DNA of 64,000 nucleotides. Origin: Macrostomum lignano (taxonomy: Eukaryota). Below are positions 52,841-62,144 of this stretch, piece after piece. Location of the stretch: positions 2,905-66,904 of the forward strand of contig NIVC01000021.1 in NCBI GenBank assembly GCA_002269645.1, read 5' to 3'. The notes under the pieces are model-generated. The model saw nothing but the letters and a program-made list of their open reading frames with translations, ran no database searches and was not told the DNA's origin. The number at the start of each line of letters is the position of its first letter. Positions within the stretch are counted from its first letter, which is position 1. The translations under genes and the position numbers were made by a program.

Positions 52841-52989
52841 CTATTATTGTGTGGAGCGACTGTCAACTTCATCAAACAGGTGTAGATTTCTGGGAGCATT
52901 GGCTCACCATTTTGGCAGAACTCTACCGAAATGCTGTTATTTGACTCTACCATGCTGTTTTTCGCAGACTTTGTAGCATCGTTTTTTGT

Positions 52990-53300
52990 CAAGGCCTAGT
53001 GGTCTTGCGCAGCGCTCTGAAGTGCCAGCGGCCCAGGCTCGATGCTATTTTAAGTCAAATTAATTTGGGACTAAATTGGAATCTTGGCATGGGCCTGCTC
53101 GTGCAATTAATGCCATTGAGACTCAGCATCATCAGCATCATCGTGTATCAGATCTATCCTTTGTAAGTGTGTGCCTGTGCGTACGACTGCGTACGTATCC
53201 GCGCGCTTGTGTGCCTGCTCAGCAGAGTCGGCGGAATGGGCAGTAATGCCTCTCGGGACAATGTCGCTTAAAGTGCGCCAGGGTGCGCACAGCCTTCCTG
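52990..53300 (+). mobile_element. tRNA-derived SINE-like element, copy B
   Basis: A-box GGCCTAGTGG (52993), B-box GGCTCGATGC (53036); body homologous to copy A in inverted orientation. Confidence 0.6.
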
Positions 53301-54507
53301 CTTCGAATAAAAATTGCTCTTTTTGCGACAAAAGCCCGCTGTTGCGATCGATCTGCTGACTCTATTTCGATATTCCACTCCATCCTTTTGTGACTTCCAC
53401 TCAATGATGCTTTTAGGAGCAGAAATGTAATCAAATTTGCGTATTAACGACATTAAAAGTCTTCTTTGCAACTTTAGGGAATACAAGGGTAAGTTATGGG
53501 GTTCGTTCTGGTTTGAGGACGTTTTTTAGGCAGAAAAAAAACCAGCCCCTAAAGTTCCAGTGTGAGCACAGCTCTCCAAGTTTTAATCATTCGAATTCGA
53601 ATATTTTTGATGAAGAGTAGCTGGGCTGACGATAGTCATTGCAGTGGTAGTTTGGTGTAGTTCGAACTACCCAGCTGGCTCACTGAGCTGAGGTTGCTCG
53701 ATGTTGTCTTGAATGTAATAAAACAAACTCAAGCAAGTCCAAACTCACTCAAATGTTAAATTAGCAAAGAGAAATTATATTTATGCAAAACAACAAAGGG
53801 CTATTAGCTGCAGGATTTTACATGTGAATTCGGAATCGGAATTGGTATTGCATAGATACAGCGTCGGGACACACGCAAGCAGAGAAAACTCGGGCAATCC
53901 ACAATCCACGCAAATTACAAAGTTGAGTAATAATTTTTTACATGCACAACTTAGAAACATGAGAACAGCAGTGTTAAAGGGTTATTTTACTCAAGTTCAC
54001 CGATTCTGCTGCTTGGCCAGTAGTATATAAAAAGACGCTTCTAGACCCAGAGCACTTTTTTAATGACCGTTTTAAGGGTCTAGAGGGGGGACACGGGGGG
54101 TAAATAAAAAAACACATCTAAACACCATTAATACATCTAATCACCCATAATCACCCCTAACAATAAAAATCACTTCCAAACACTTCCAAACACTCCCCAA
54201 CACCCCCCTCGCGTCCCCCCTCTTAAGACCTTACAAACGGCCATTAAAATAAGGTCTGATCTAGAAGCGTCTTTTTATATACTACTACTCTATAACCCCT
54301 AGCCCGCGCCGCAGGCGCGAAGGGTCGGAAAGAATAGAAGCTATTTATAGTCAGCTCACCTACCCACCCAACATTCCATTTAGACCAGATTTTAGACCAA
54401 ATTTTTGAAAACGAAAACCAAAACGATAGTCTAGTTTTGTTTGGTCTAAAATCTGGTCTAAATGGAATGCAGACAATCTTTTTCTGTTACTAAAAATAGA
54501 ACAAAAA

Positions 54508-54906
54508 ATGACACACGTTACACATGTGCAAAATATAAATGAGTATCAGGTAGGAGATCCAATTGAATACCGAGGTGAGGGACTTTTTGATTTGGTTGGA
54601 ACAGCAGCAAATTTTGTTAAAGACAATATGGGGCTTATAGGGCAAGCTGGCTCTGCAGCAGGCTCTATAACAAATGCTGTAAAAGGAGGAATTGAAGCAG
54701 CTAGAGCGGCAGAAGAACTAAAGAAATTGAGAGATTTTAACGACACCCTCTCACAAATAAATGCAATAAAAGATTTAAAGCTGGCACAAGCCGCACAACC
54801 AACAGAAACCCCCACGAAAAGCGCACCAATAAGTAATAAAGATATTCAGGATTTTAATAAAATGTTAAATACTATTAAAGGTGGAAAAGGATTAAAGAAA
54901 TTTTAA
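54508..54906 (+). CDS. Small putative virion core/membrane protein (132 aa)
   Basis: RGEGLFDLVGTAANFV amphipathic helix and terminal GGKGL resemble adenain-processed Polinton core proteins (inference). Confidence 0.6.
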   Translation: MTHVTHVQNINEYQVGDPIEYRGEGLFDLVGTAANFVKDNMGLIGQAGSAAGSITNAVKGGIEAARAAEELKKLRDFNDTLSQINAIKDLKLAQAAQPTETPTKSAPISNKDIQDFNKMLNTIKGGKGLKKF

Positions 54907-54916
54907 CAATATAAAA

Positions 54917-55909
54917 ATGGACTCAGTTAATGATGAAAACCGGTTATATTTTATAGGAGAAATTGTAGATACCTTAAATCTTGATGATAATAAACATAGC
55001 CACACAATGTTAAAAAGATTGGATCGATTAGGTAAAAAGTTTGACTACGACATCGATACATTTAAACTCGCAGCAAAATATGCACAAGAAGGAAGGCCAA
55101 TATCCTTTAAGAATCGCGGCAGAAATTATAGGTTGACAGACTCCGATGTGAAATTTTTAATGGAGACTCACACTAAAAAGGACGGCGGATTACTACCCAT
55201 TCTACCGCTTCTTTTAGGACTTGGTGCAGCTGGAGCAGTCGGTTTAGCCGGAAAAAGAATTCATGATAATGTAAAACAGCTAGGAGAGTTAAGAGCGAAA
55301 CAGGGGGGAATCTTACCCCTTGCAGCTTTGCTCCCAATAATTTTTGCAGGAATTGGAGCAGCTGGAGGAGTTGCTGGCGGAGCAGCTGGAATTGCAAAAG
55401 CAGTAAATGACAAAAAAGCTGCGGACGAAAAAGCCAAACGAGATGCAGAATTTCAAAGACAGCAAATAACGCAGGACGCACAATTCAAACAGAAACTTAT
55501 TGATACCATTAATAGTAGTTCAGCAACAGCAGAGCAAAAAAGAAATGCAGAAGCTAGGTTAGCAGCCGGAAAAGGTTTACTCTTGCAAGGAACAAATCAC
55601 GGGAATGGTTTGGTACTAAAAGGAACAACCCAAGGAAGTGGAGTTGTAGCAGATAAACTACATGAATTTGGTCAAACTTTAGAAAAAACGGGTGAGAAAG
55701 CTAAAGGATTTTTTGACAATATTGGATCCAATTTTAGGCCAGCAGTTCAGAAGATTTTTACTAAGTTAGGAAAAGATTTTAATATCATTGAAAAACACGA
55801 CGGAAGCGGATTATATCTCGAAATGAGACCAAAAGCAGGTTCAGGAATTTTCTTAAATTCAAACGTTATGGGCAATGGATTGCTATTACCAAAAGCAGAT
55901 CTCGAATAG
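54917..55909 (+). CDS. Adenovirus pX-like Polinton core protein (330 aa)
   Basis: GGLLPILPLLLGLGAAG and GGILPLAALLPIIFAGIGAAGGVAGGAAGIAKAV resemble adenoviral pX GGFLPALIPIIAAAIGA; six G[KNS]G-hydrophobic motifs in the C-terminal part. Confidence 0.75.
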   Translation: MDSVNDENRLYFIGEIVDTLNLDDNKHSHTMLKRLDRLGKKFDYDIDTFKLAAKYAQEGRPISFKNRGRNYRLTDSDVKFLMETHTKKDGGLLPILPLLLGLGAAGAVGLAGKRIHDNVKQLGELRAKQGGILPLAALLPIIFAGIGAAGGVAGGAAGIAKAVNDKKAADEKAKRDAEFQRQQITQDAQFKQKLIDTINSSSATAEQKRNAEARLAAGKGLLLQGTNHGNGLVLKGTTQGSGVVADKLHEFGQTLEKTGEKAKGFFDNIGSNFRPAVQKIFTKLGKDFNIIEKHDGSGLYLEMRPKAGSGIFLNSNVMGNGLLLPKADLE

Positions 55910-55992
55910 GCTCCTGGGGGAGGGTCTGGACACCAAAAACACAAAATTAAAAAATCAATAATTCAAACATTATATAAATTTTATTCTATAAA

Positions 55993-58900
55993 ATGGAAGC
56001 AATTTTAGCTCAAATCGACAACCCTGAACTTAGAGCACAATTAATAGCTCAAATCGATGCACAACGAATTGCCGATAGGGCTGAAATAGAAGCAAGAATT
56101 AGGGCAGAAAATGAGATACGTTTAGAAAGACAATTAAATGATATTAATAACCCCCAACCACAAGTACAAAATGGAGCTGAAGTAATATATATAGATATAG
56201 ATATAAATACAAATTATAAAGAATATTTTAAACAAATGAAAGATAAATTAAAGACTATATTAAACAATTATACTATAAGGCCAAATAACAAACGACAGCC
56301 AATTAAGTATAAAATAGAAGTTGAAACAGAATTTAAAAAACCAAATATTCTTAATGCAAATTCAGAAATTGAAGTAATAAATAACTTTTCACAAGAATCA
56401 TATAAAACATTATTATCAATGGGAAATTACAACAATCAATTCGATCAAATAGAAGCTGAGTTTGATGAATGGATAGATAAGATGACAGAAAACGGATCTG
56501 GGTTTATATTTGTATCCTGTAATTCAGCAATAGTAAAGATTGCACCTATAGAAATTCTTAAAGGACGATCACATATGAAGCTCAAATTTAAATCACCTAT
56601 GATTATAAATCCAGACAATAAAGATAATAAATGTTTATTATGGTGTTTATTAATTCATAAATATCACAATCAAGTAGAATCACACATTAATAAAATATAT
56701 AATTATAGACAATATGAGGATGAAATAATAATGAAAAACATATCATACCCAGTAGCAATAGATGATATATATAAGATTGAAAAAATGAATGGTTTAAATA
56801 TTAATGTTTTTACAATTGAAGAACCAAAAGATCTAGAAGAAATTCAGCAGGTCGATCCAGAATGGTATAAGAAAAACTGTTATCTTGTTAAGCCAGCAAC
56901 TGATATAACAGCACCAGATCAAATCGATCTTTTGTACATGCAGCGCGAAAATGAAACACATTATATATACATAAAAGATATTAGTTCTTTTTTAAGAGAA
57001 AATAGAAATAGATATCCACTATGTAGAAATTGTTTTACATTTAAAAAGGATGAAACAGCTCTTAAAAACCACCAACGATTTTGTTTAGATCACAAATTTA
57101 CTAATGCTATAATGCCAGCATCTGAAGATGCAACCCTAAAGTTCCAACAACATTATATGGCAGTTAAAAAACCAATAGTAATATATGCTGATTTTGAAGC
57201 AACAAATGTTCCCTTAAAAGAATCACAGACGGTATCTGATGACGGTGAATGCACAAAAAAATTGGCACAACAGTTTCCGAATAGTTATTGTATATATGTA
57301 CACTCTGTAGCTGATCATATATTTAAATCAAGGATGATTACTTACCACGGTAATTATGCAGCTAAGCACATGGCAGAATCATTAGTAAATGTATTTGAAT
57401 ATATTCAAAATCAATATGATAAATTATCAAAAAATATTAATATGACAAATAAGGATAGAGACAATTATAAAAATGCAACAAATTGTTTTATGTGCAAAAG
57501 ACATTTAAGTAAGAATAATAAGATACGAGAACATTGTCATCTAACAGGAAATTATCGAGGGGCAGCATGTAGATCATGTAATGCAAAAGAAGGAAAAGGA
57601 TGTAAGGAAATACCAGTATTTTTTCATAATGGTTCCGGATATGATTTTCATTTCTTAGTTCGAGAATTGCTTCATTTAGGAAAGGATGAATATGAAATAA
57701 ATATATTACCTAAAACATCAGAAAATTACATATCAATAACATATGGTAAGAAATACTCCCATCTAGTTTTTCTAGATTCCTTGAGATTCTTATCAACATC
57801 TTTAGCAAATGTTGTTTCATCATTAGTTCCAAAACCATGGGATTTAGAAATAGTAAAGAAAAACTTTCCAATCTTATTGAATCGTTTCAAAAAAGAAAAA
57901 CTATCCGAGGAAGAACTAATGCTATTAACTCGTAAGGGCATCTACCCATATGAATATGTAACATCTGAAGACGTATTTTTTCATACCGAATTACCCCAAT
58001 TGAAAAGTTTTATTCAACATTATCACAAACAAACATAAGTGAATCGGATTATGAACACGCTCAAAAAGTATGGAAATACTTTAATTGTAAAACATTTAAA
58101 GATTATCATAATCTATATCTTAAAGCAGATGTTCTCCTATTAGCTGATGCATTTGAAAACTTTAGGAATCATACATATGAGAATTTTAAAATTGATCCCG
58201 CATATTGTTTCAGTGCACCGGGATTAACATGGGCTTGTGGTTTGAAACATACAGATGTTAAGATTGATTTACTAACTGATCATGATATGTTGTTAATGAT
58301 TGAGAGAGGAATTCGCGGTGGATTCTCGGGTGTACTAGGAGATAGATATACTAAAGTAAATAATAAATATCTACCAAATTATAATAAAAAAGAAAAATCA
58401 TCATATGTATTATATCTAGATGCAAACAATTTATACGGTGGTTGTATGAAACAAAAATTACCAATAGCTGATTTCCAATGGGAAGATGACCCCGATTATT
58501 ACAAAAATATTCCCGAAGGAAGGGGCTGTATCGTAGAAGTGGATTTGCAATATACTCGGGAAGCAAAAGCAAAAACATATAAATATCCTTTAGCTCCAGA
58601 GCATTGTTCAGTTAATGAAGATGATTTATCACAAACACAAAAAGATTATCTTAAAGTAGATAATACAAAACATCTAGCAACAAAAAAATTAATATTAAAT
58701 TTACATGATAAGAAAAACTATGTAGTGCATTATAAGCTTCTACAATTTTATGAAAAGCAGGGATTAAAAGTGTCTAAAGTACATCGAACAATATCGTTTA
58801 TTGAGGAAGATTGGTTAGCTAAATATATTGACTTTAATTCAAATCAGAGACAGATGTCAAAAACAAATTTTGAGAAAGATTATTGGAAATTAATGAATAA

Positions 58901-59959
58901 TGCTTTTTATGGAAAAACGGTTGAAAATATTAGAGATAGAACCCAATTCCATTTAGAAAAGGATATTGATAAAGCAAAGAAATATTTCTCAAAACCTAAC
59001 TTTAAAGACTTTATAAAATTTGATGATAACTTTATGGGTATTCATATGAGAAATAAAACAACAAAATTTCTTAAACCAATATTTATTGGAATGGTTGTTT
59101 TAGATTTGCAAAGCTAGTAATGTATGAATACTATTATGATGTTATAAATAAAACATGGCCAGATAACTATCCAATATATGCAGACACCGACAGTTTGGTA
59201 TTTAAGGTTGAAACAGATGACCGGACGGAGTCCGCGAACCAAAGGTTCGATGTCTATAAAGATATGGAAAAAATTAAGGATACATTGGATACCTCCGACT
59301 ATCCGGATAACCATCCTTTAAAATCAGATCAAAATAAAAAAGTTGTACTTAAAATGAAAGATGAATTAAATAGCAAAATCATAACCGAGTTTATAGCAAT
59401 AAGATCAAAATGCTATGCATTTAAGGTTTTAGGACAGGAGGGAGAGGTAAAAAAAATAAAAGGGGTATCAAGAGCAGCAGTAAAAAAGATAACATTTGAT
59501 GATTATAAAAACGTACTTTTAGATTACCTTAATACAATTGAAAATTATCATGCTCCACAATATCGATTAAATTCAGATAAGCATCAGATGTTTGTCATCG
59601 AGACAGATAAAAAAACATTAAGTCCATTTGATGATAAAAGATATTTAGATGATAAAATTAAAACATATCCATATGGTTTAAAAGAAGAGATAAAAAATAT
59701 GATAAAAGATAAAAAACAAAAAGAAGATATAATAAGTAAATATAATGAATACAAAGCGGCAATAAATAATTATTATTACGATTGTGATTGTGAATCCGAA
59801 TGTGATTGTGAATATAATACATTTCTAGAATATGAAAAAGATATAGATAATTATTATTCAACATTTCCAAAAGAACTTAAAAAATTAAATAAGGAAAAAG
59901 TCTTGAATAACTGGAAGAGATTAACAGAAAAATTACTTATCGGGTCTGTAAAAAACTAA
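55993..59959 (+). CDS. polB: Protein-primed family B DNA polymerase with N-terminal region, C2H2 finger and endonuclease VII-like insertion (~1,322 aa once two 1-nt deletions at ~57995 and ~59109 are restored)
   Basis: IYADFE (ExoI), FHNGSGYDFHF (ExoII), CFMC...REHCHLTGNYRGAACRSCN (EndoVII), RKGIYPYEY, YLDANNLYG, KLMNNAFYGK, YADTDS, KMKDE, RSKCY, KGVS across ORFs 55993..58038, 58242..59117 and 59120..59959. Confidence 0.95.
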
Positions 59960-60003
59960 AGCATGTAATTGTTTGAGCAAATCATTAACTTCAATTTCAT
60001 ATA

Positions 60004-60291
60004 TTATTGAGCACCAATTATCCTCACAGTCGCAGGGTAACTTAAACAATCCTTTATTTTTTTCCTAAGTTTTTTTATTTTTCTAACCAATCTATCTATT
60101 TCAATTTCAATTACTATTTCAGCATAAACAATATCTTGTCTTAAAAAACGTTTTCTTTTATCTATCTCATATCGGATGGGAAACATATCGTCCCCATACT
60201 CATGATATTTCTGAGATATAATTATATTTATTTTTTTATTAATATCATTAAGTTCACGCTCTTTAGTGATAAGGATTTTTATCGTATCCAT
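60004..60291 (-). CDS. Hypothetical viral protein (95 aa, basic, coiled-coil)
   Basis: ATG preceded by TATAAGAAA; tightly packed between neighbours; no motif recognised. Confidence 0.55.
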   Translation of the reverse strand: MDTIKILITKERELNDINKKINIIISQKYHEYGDDMFPIRYEIDKRKRFLRQDIVYAEIVIEIEIDRLVRKIKKLRKKIKDCLSYPATVRIIGAQ

Positions 60292-60306
60292 TTTCTTATA
60301 AAAAAT

Positions 60307-60639
60307 TTAGTCTTCGTCGTCATCCTCCCAAACAGCCGCCAATTTTACAGTCCTATCACTCTTTTTATTATTTGTTTGTTTTAGTTTAAATTGCAATCCA
60401 CCCTCGTTGCAGTATTTCATAACAAACGCTTTAGGTTTATTAATAACTAAAACAGGAAAATTTTTAACATCATCTCCGCTTAGACATAAAATTTTTTGCC
60501 CATCTAATTGTAAAAATATTGATTGAAGCCCAATAAATTTAACCTGTCTCAAACATATAATATTATATTCTTTATTCTCCAACATATTGGGTGTGAGATA
60601 ATTAATCACATTAGAATCGGTTTTGAACCAGCTCTCCAT
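60307..60639 (-). CDS. Hypothetical viral protein (110 aa, acidic C-terminal tail)
   Basis: Complete ATG ORF packed in the element; ends WEDDDED. Confidence 0.6.
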   Translation of the reverse strand: MESWFKTDSNVINYLTPNMLENKEYNIICLRQVKFIGLQSIFLQLDGQKILCLSGDDVKNFPVLVINKPKAFVMKYCNEGGLQFKLKQTNNKKSDRTVKLAAVWEDDDED

Positions 60640-60665
60640 TTTTAATCTAAAAAAATAACAAAAAA

Positions 60666-61178
60666 ATGAAAGACATTTATGTTTGTAATAAATGTAATGT
60701 GACTATGCACAGAGGGCAAACAGCAAACGGAGATATATATCATATGTGTTATTCATGTTCTAAAATATATCAATTTGAAAAAACAAAAAAGATTGAAAAC
60801 TCATATTACTATTTTAAAAACACAATTTTAAGAAATCTTACAAGAGACATTTCTGATCCAATTTTAATTCCCGGAAATAATGTTTATTTATATAATAACT
60901 TTTTCCATTTAAATAAAGGAAAGGGATTAAGTTCGAAAGACTCTGAAAGGATTTTAATTTTAGTTGGATATTATTTCAATTTTCTTATTCGAGAGAATAC
61001 AAAGTTTATAAGGATAGGTAACATACCTAACGAAATGTTATTGAAAAAGTCATTGGAATTTTTATGTATTGATAAAAAATTTAAACCTAGGATCAGAAGA
61101 GAGTTACCACTTTGGGAAGAATATATAACATATGCATTAGAAAAACTAAACAACCTGAAGTTCTACCGCACTTCCTGA
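60666..61178 (+). CDS. Hypothetical viral protein with N-terminal CxxC-x17-CxxC zinc ribbon (170 aa)
   Basis: VCNKCNVTM...MCYSCSK; complete ORF. Confidence 0.6.
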   Translation: MKDIYVCNKCNVTMHRGQTANGDIYHMCYSCSKIYQFEKTKKIENSYYYFKNTILRNLTRDISDPILIPGNNVYLYNNFFHLNKGKGLSSKDSERILILVGYYFNFLIRENTKFIRIGNIPNEMLLKKSLEFLCIDKKFKPRIRRELPLWEEYITYALEKLNNLKFYRTS

Positions 61179-61790
61179 CCGCGGCTTTGTGCCCCAGTAG
61201 CAATAGTTTCAGGTTCGTAAATGCCTAATGTTTCTATAGGTGGAGCTTTGGGTTTATCGAGTCTCAACTCTTTTAATTCCATATCGGTAAAAGTTTCAAC
61301 ATCTAAAATTCTATTTCTATCTTTTAAATATTTTTCATATAATTCAACCGCGGTTGATAATTCATGAATCGTTATCTCTCCGTCATCCAATATTTTTTGC
61401 ACATATAAATATAATTGATTTTTATATTGTTTGCAACATCTCTTAATGATTTATATTTTTCCTTTCTTTTTTAAGATATAATTTAATTGCTAAAAGTATT
61501 GATAAGTTTCTGATCATTCAAAACCTGATATTGAGCCAATTGAAATACCTAAAAATAATTGAGATAAATTAAGAGTTGGAATAGATTGTAAAATACCTAA
61601 AACGATTACACATAACATTGATAAGCTTCCAAATCCAATATTGAAAAAATCCATATTTCTTATATGGTTTGAAACTCTTCTTACTTTTTTAGTATATAAA
61701 TCATAATCATAATTTACGATCAACATTACTTAACATCTGACCTTTACGTTGGTTGAATGATCGCGTTCCCATTTATCTGCTTCAGATACC
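61163..61790 (-). pseudogene. Disrupted Polinton-type hydrophobic/coiled-coil protein (tentatively the family described as gasdermin-like in adintoviruses)
   Basis: Hydrophobic GFGSLSMLCVIVLGIL...LFLGISIGSISG, then GKYKSLRDVANNIKSI and, in another frame, ILDDGEITIHELSTAVELYEKY. This resembles the recurrent Polinton motif al.DgkIsdeEf..i..e.ekY. Several stops and frameshifts. Confidence 0.45.
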
Positions 61791-62108
61791 GACATTCTCG
61801 TCTATTTTTAATAGCACCAAAATGAATTCCCCACGCTCTTTGGGATTTGATCCCGAGCTCAATAGGTATTGTATTGGAGTTATTCTTTCTTTTTTCTCCC
61901 ATTTAAATCCTATTTTCCAAAACTCTTGAAGTATAATATGATTTTTTAATAACTTAATTAATTCTTGAAGCTTCTTATTATCCTGAACATTTACAGTACT
62001 AAATAAAAATTTGGTATGAGATTTGAATGTTTTTATATTTGATTCTTGTTTAGGAATAGGAATAATAACATTATTTTGCCGCATCGATGGAGTTCTACTA
62101 AAAGCCAT
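61782..62108 (-). CDS. Hypothetical viral protein (108 aa)
   Basis: Complete ATG ORF preceded by TATATA; no motif recognised. Confidence 0.55.
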   Translation of the reverse strand: MAFSRTPSMRQNNVIIPIPKQESNIKTFKSHTKFLFSTVNVQDNKKLQELIKLLKNHIILQEFWKIGFKWEKKERITPIQYLLSSGSNPKERGEFILVLLKIDENVGI

Positions 62109-62144
62109 TATATAAATATTTATATAAATATTATAATCGCTTAC

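Noticed and set aside
52993-53050. Functional tRNA gene
   Set aside because: A/B-box-like motifs are present, but there is no complete cloverleaf, and the head is attached to a ~270-bp body shared with a second copy, which fits a SINE.
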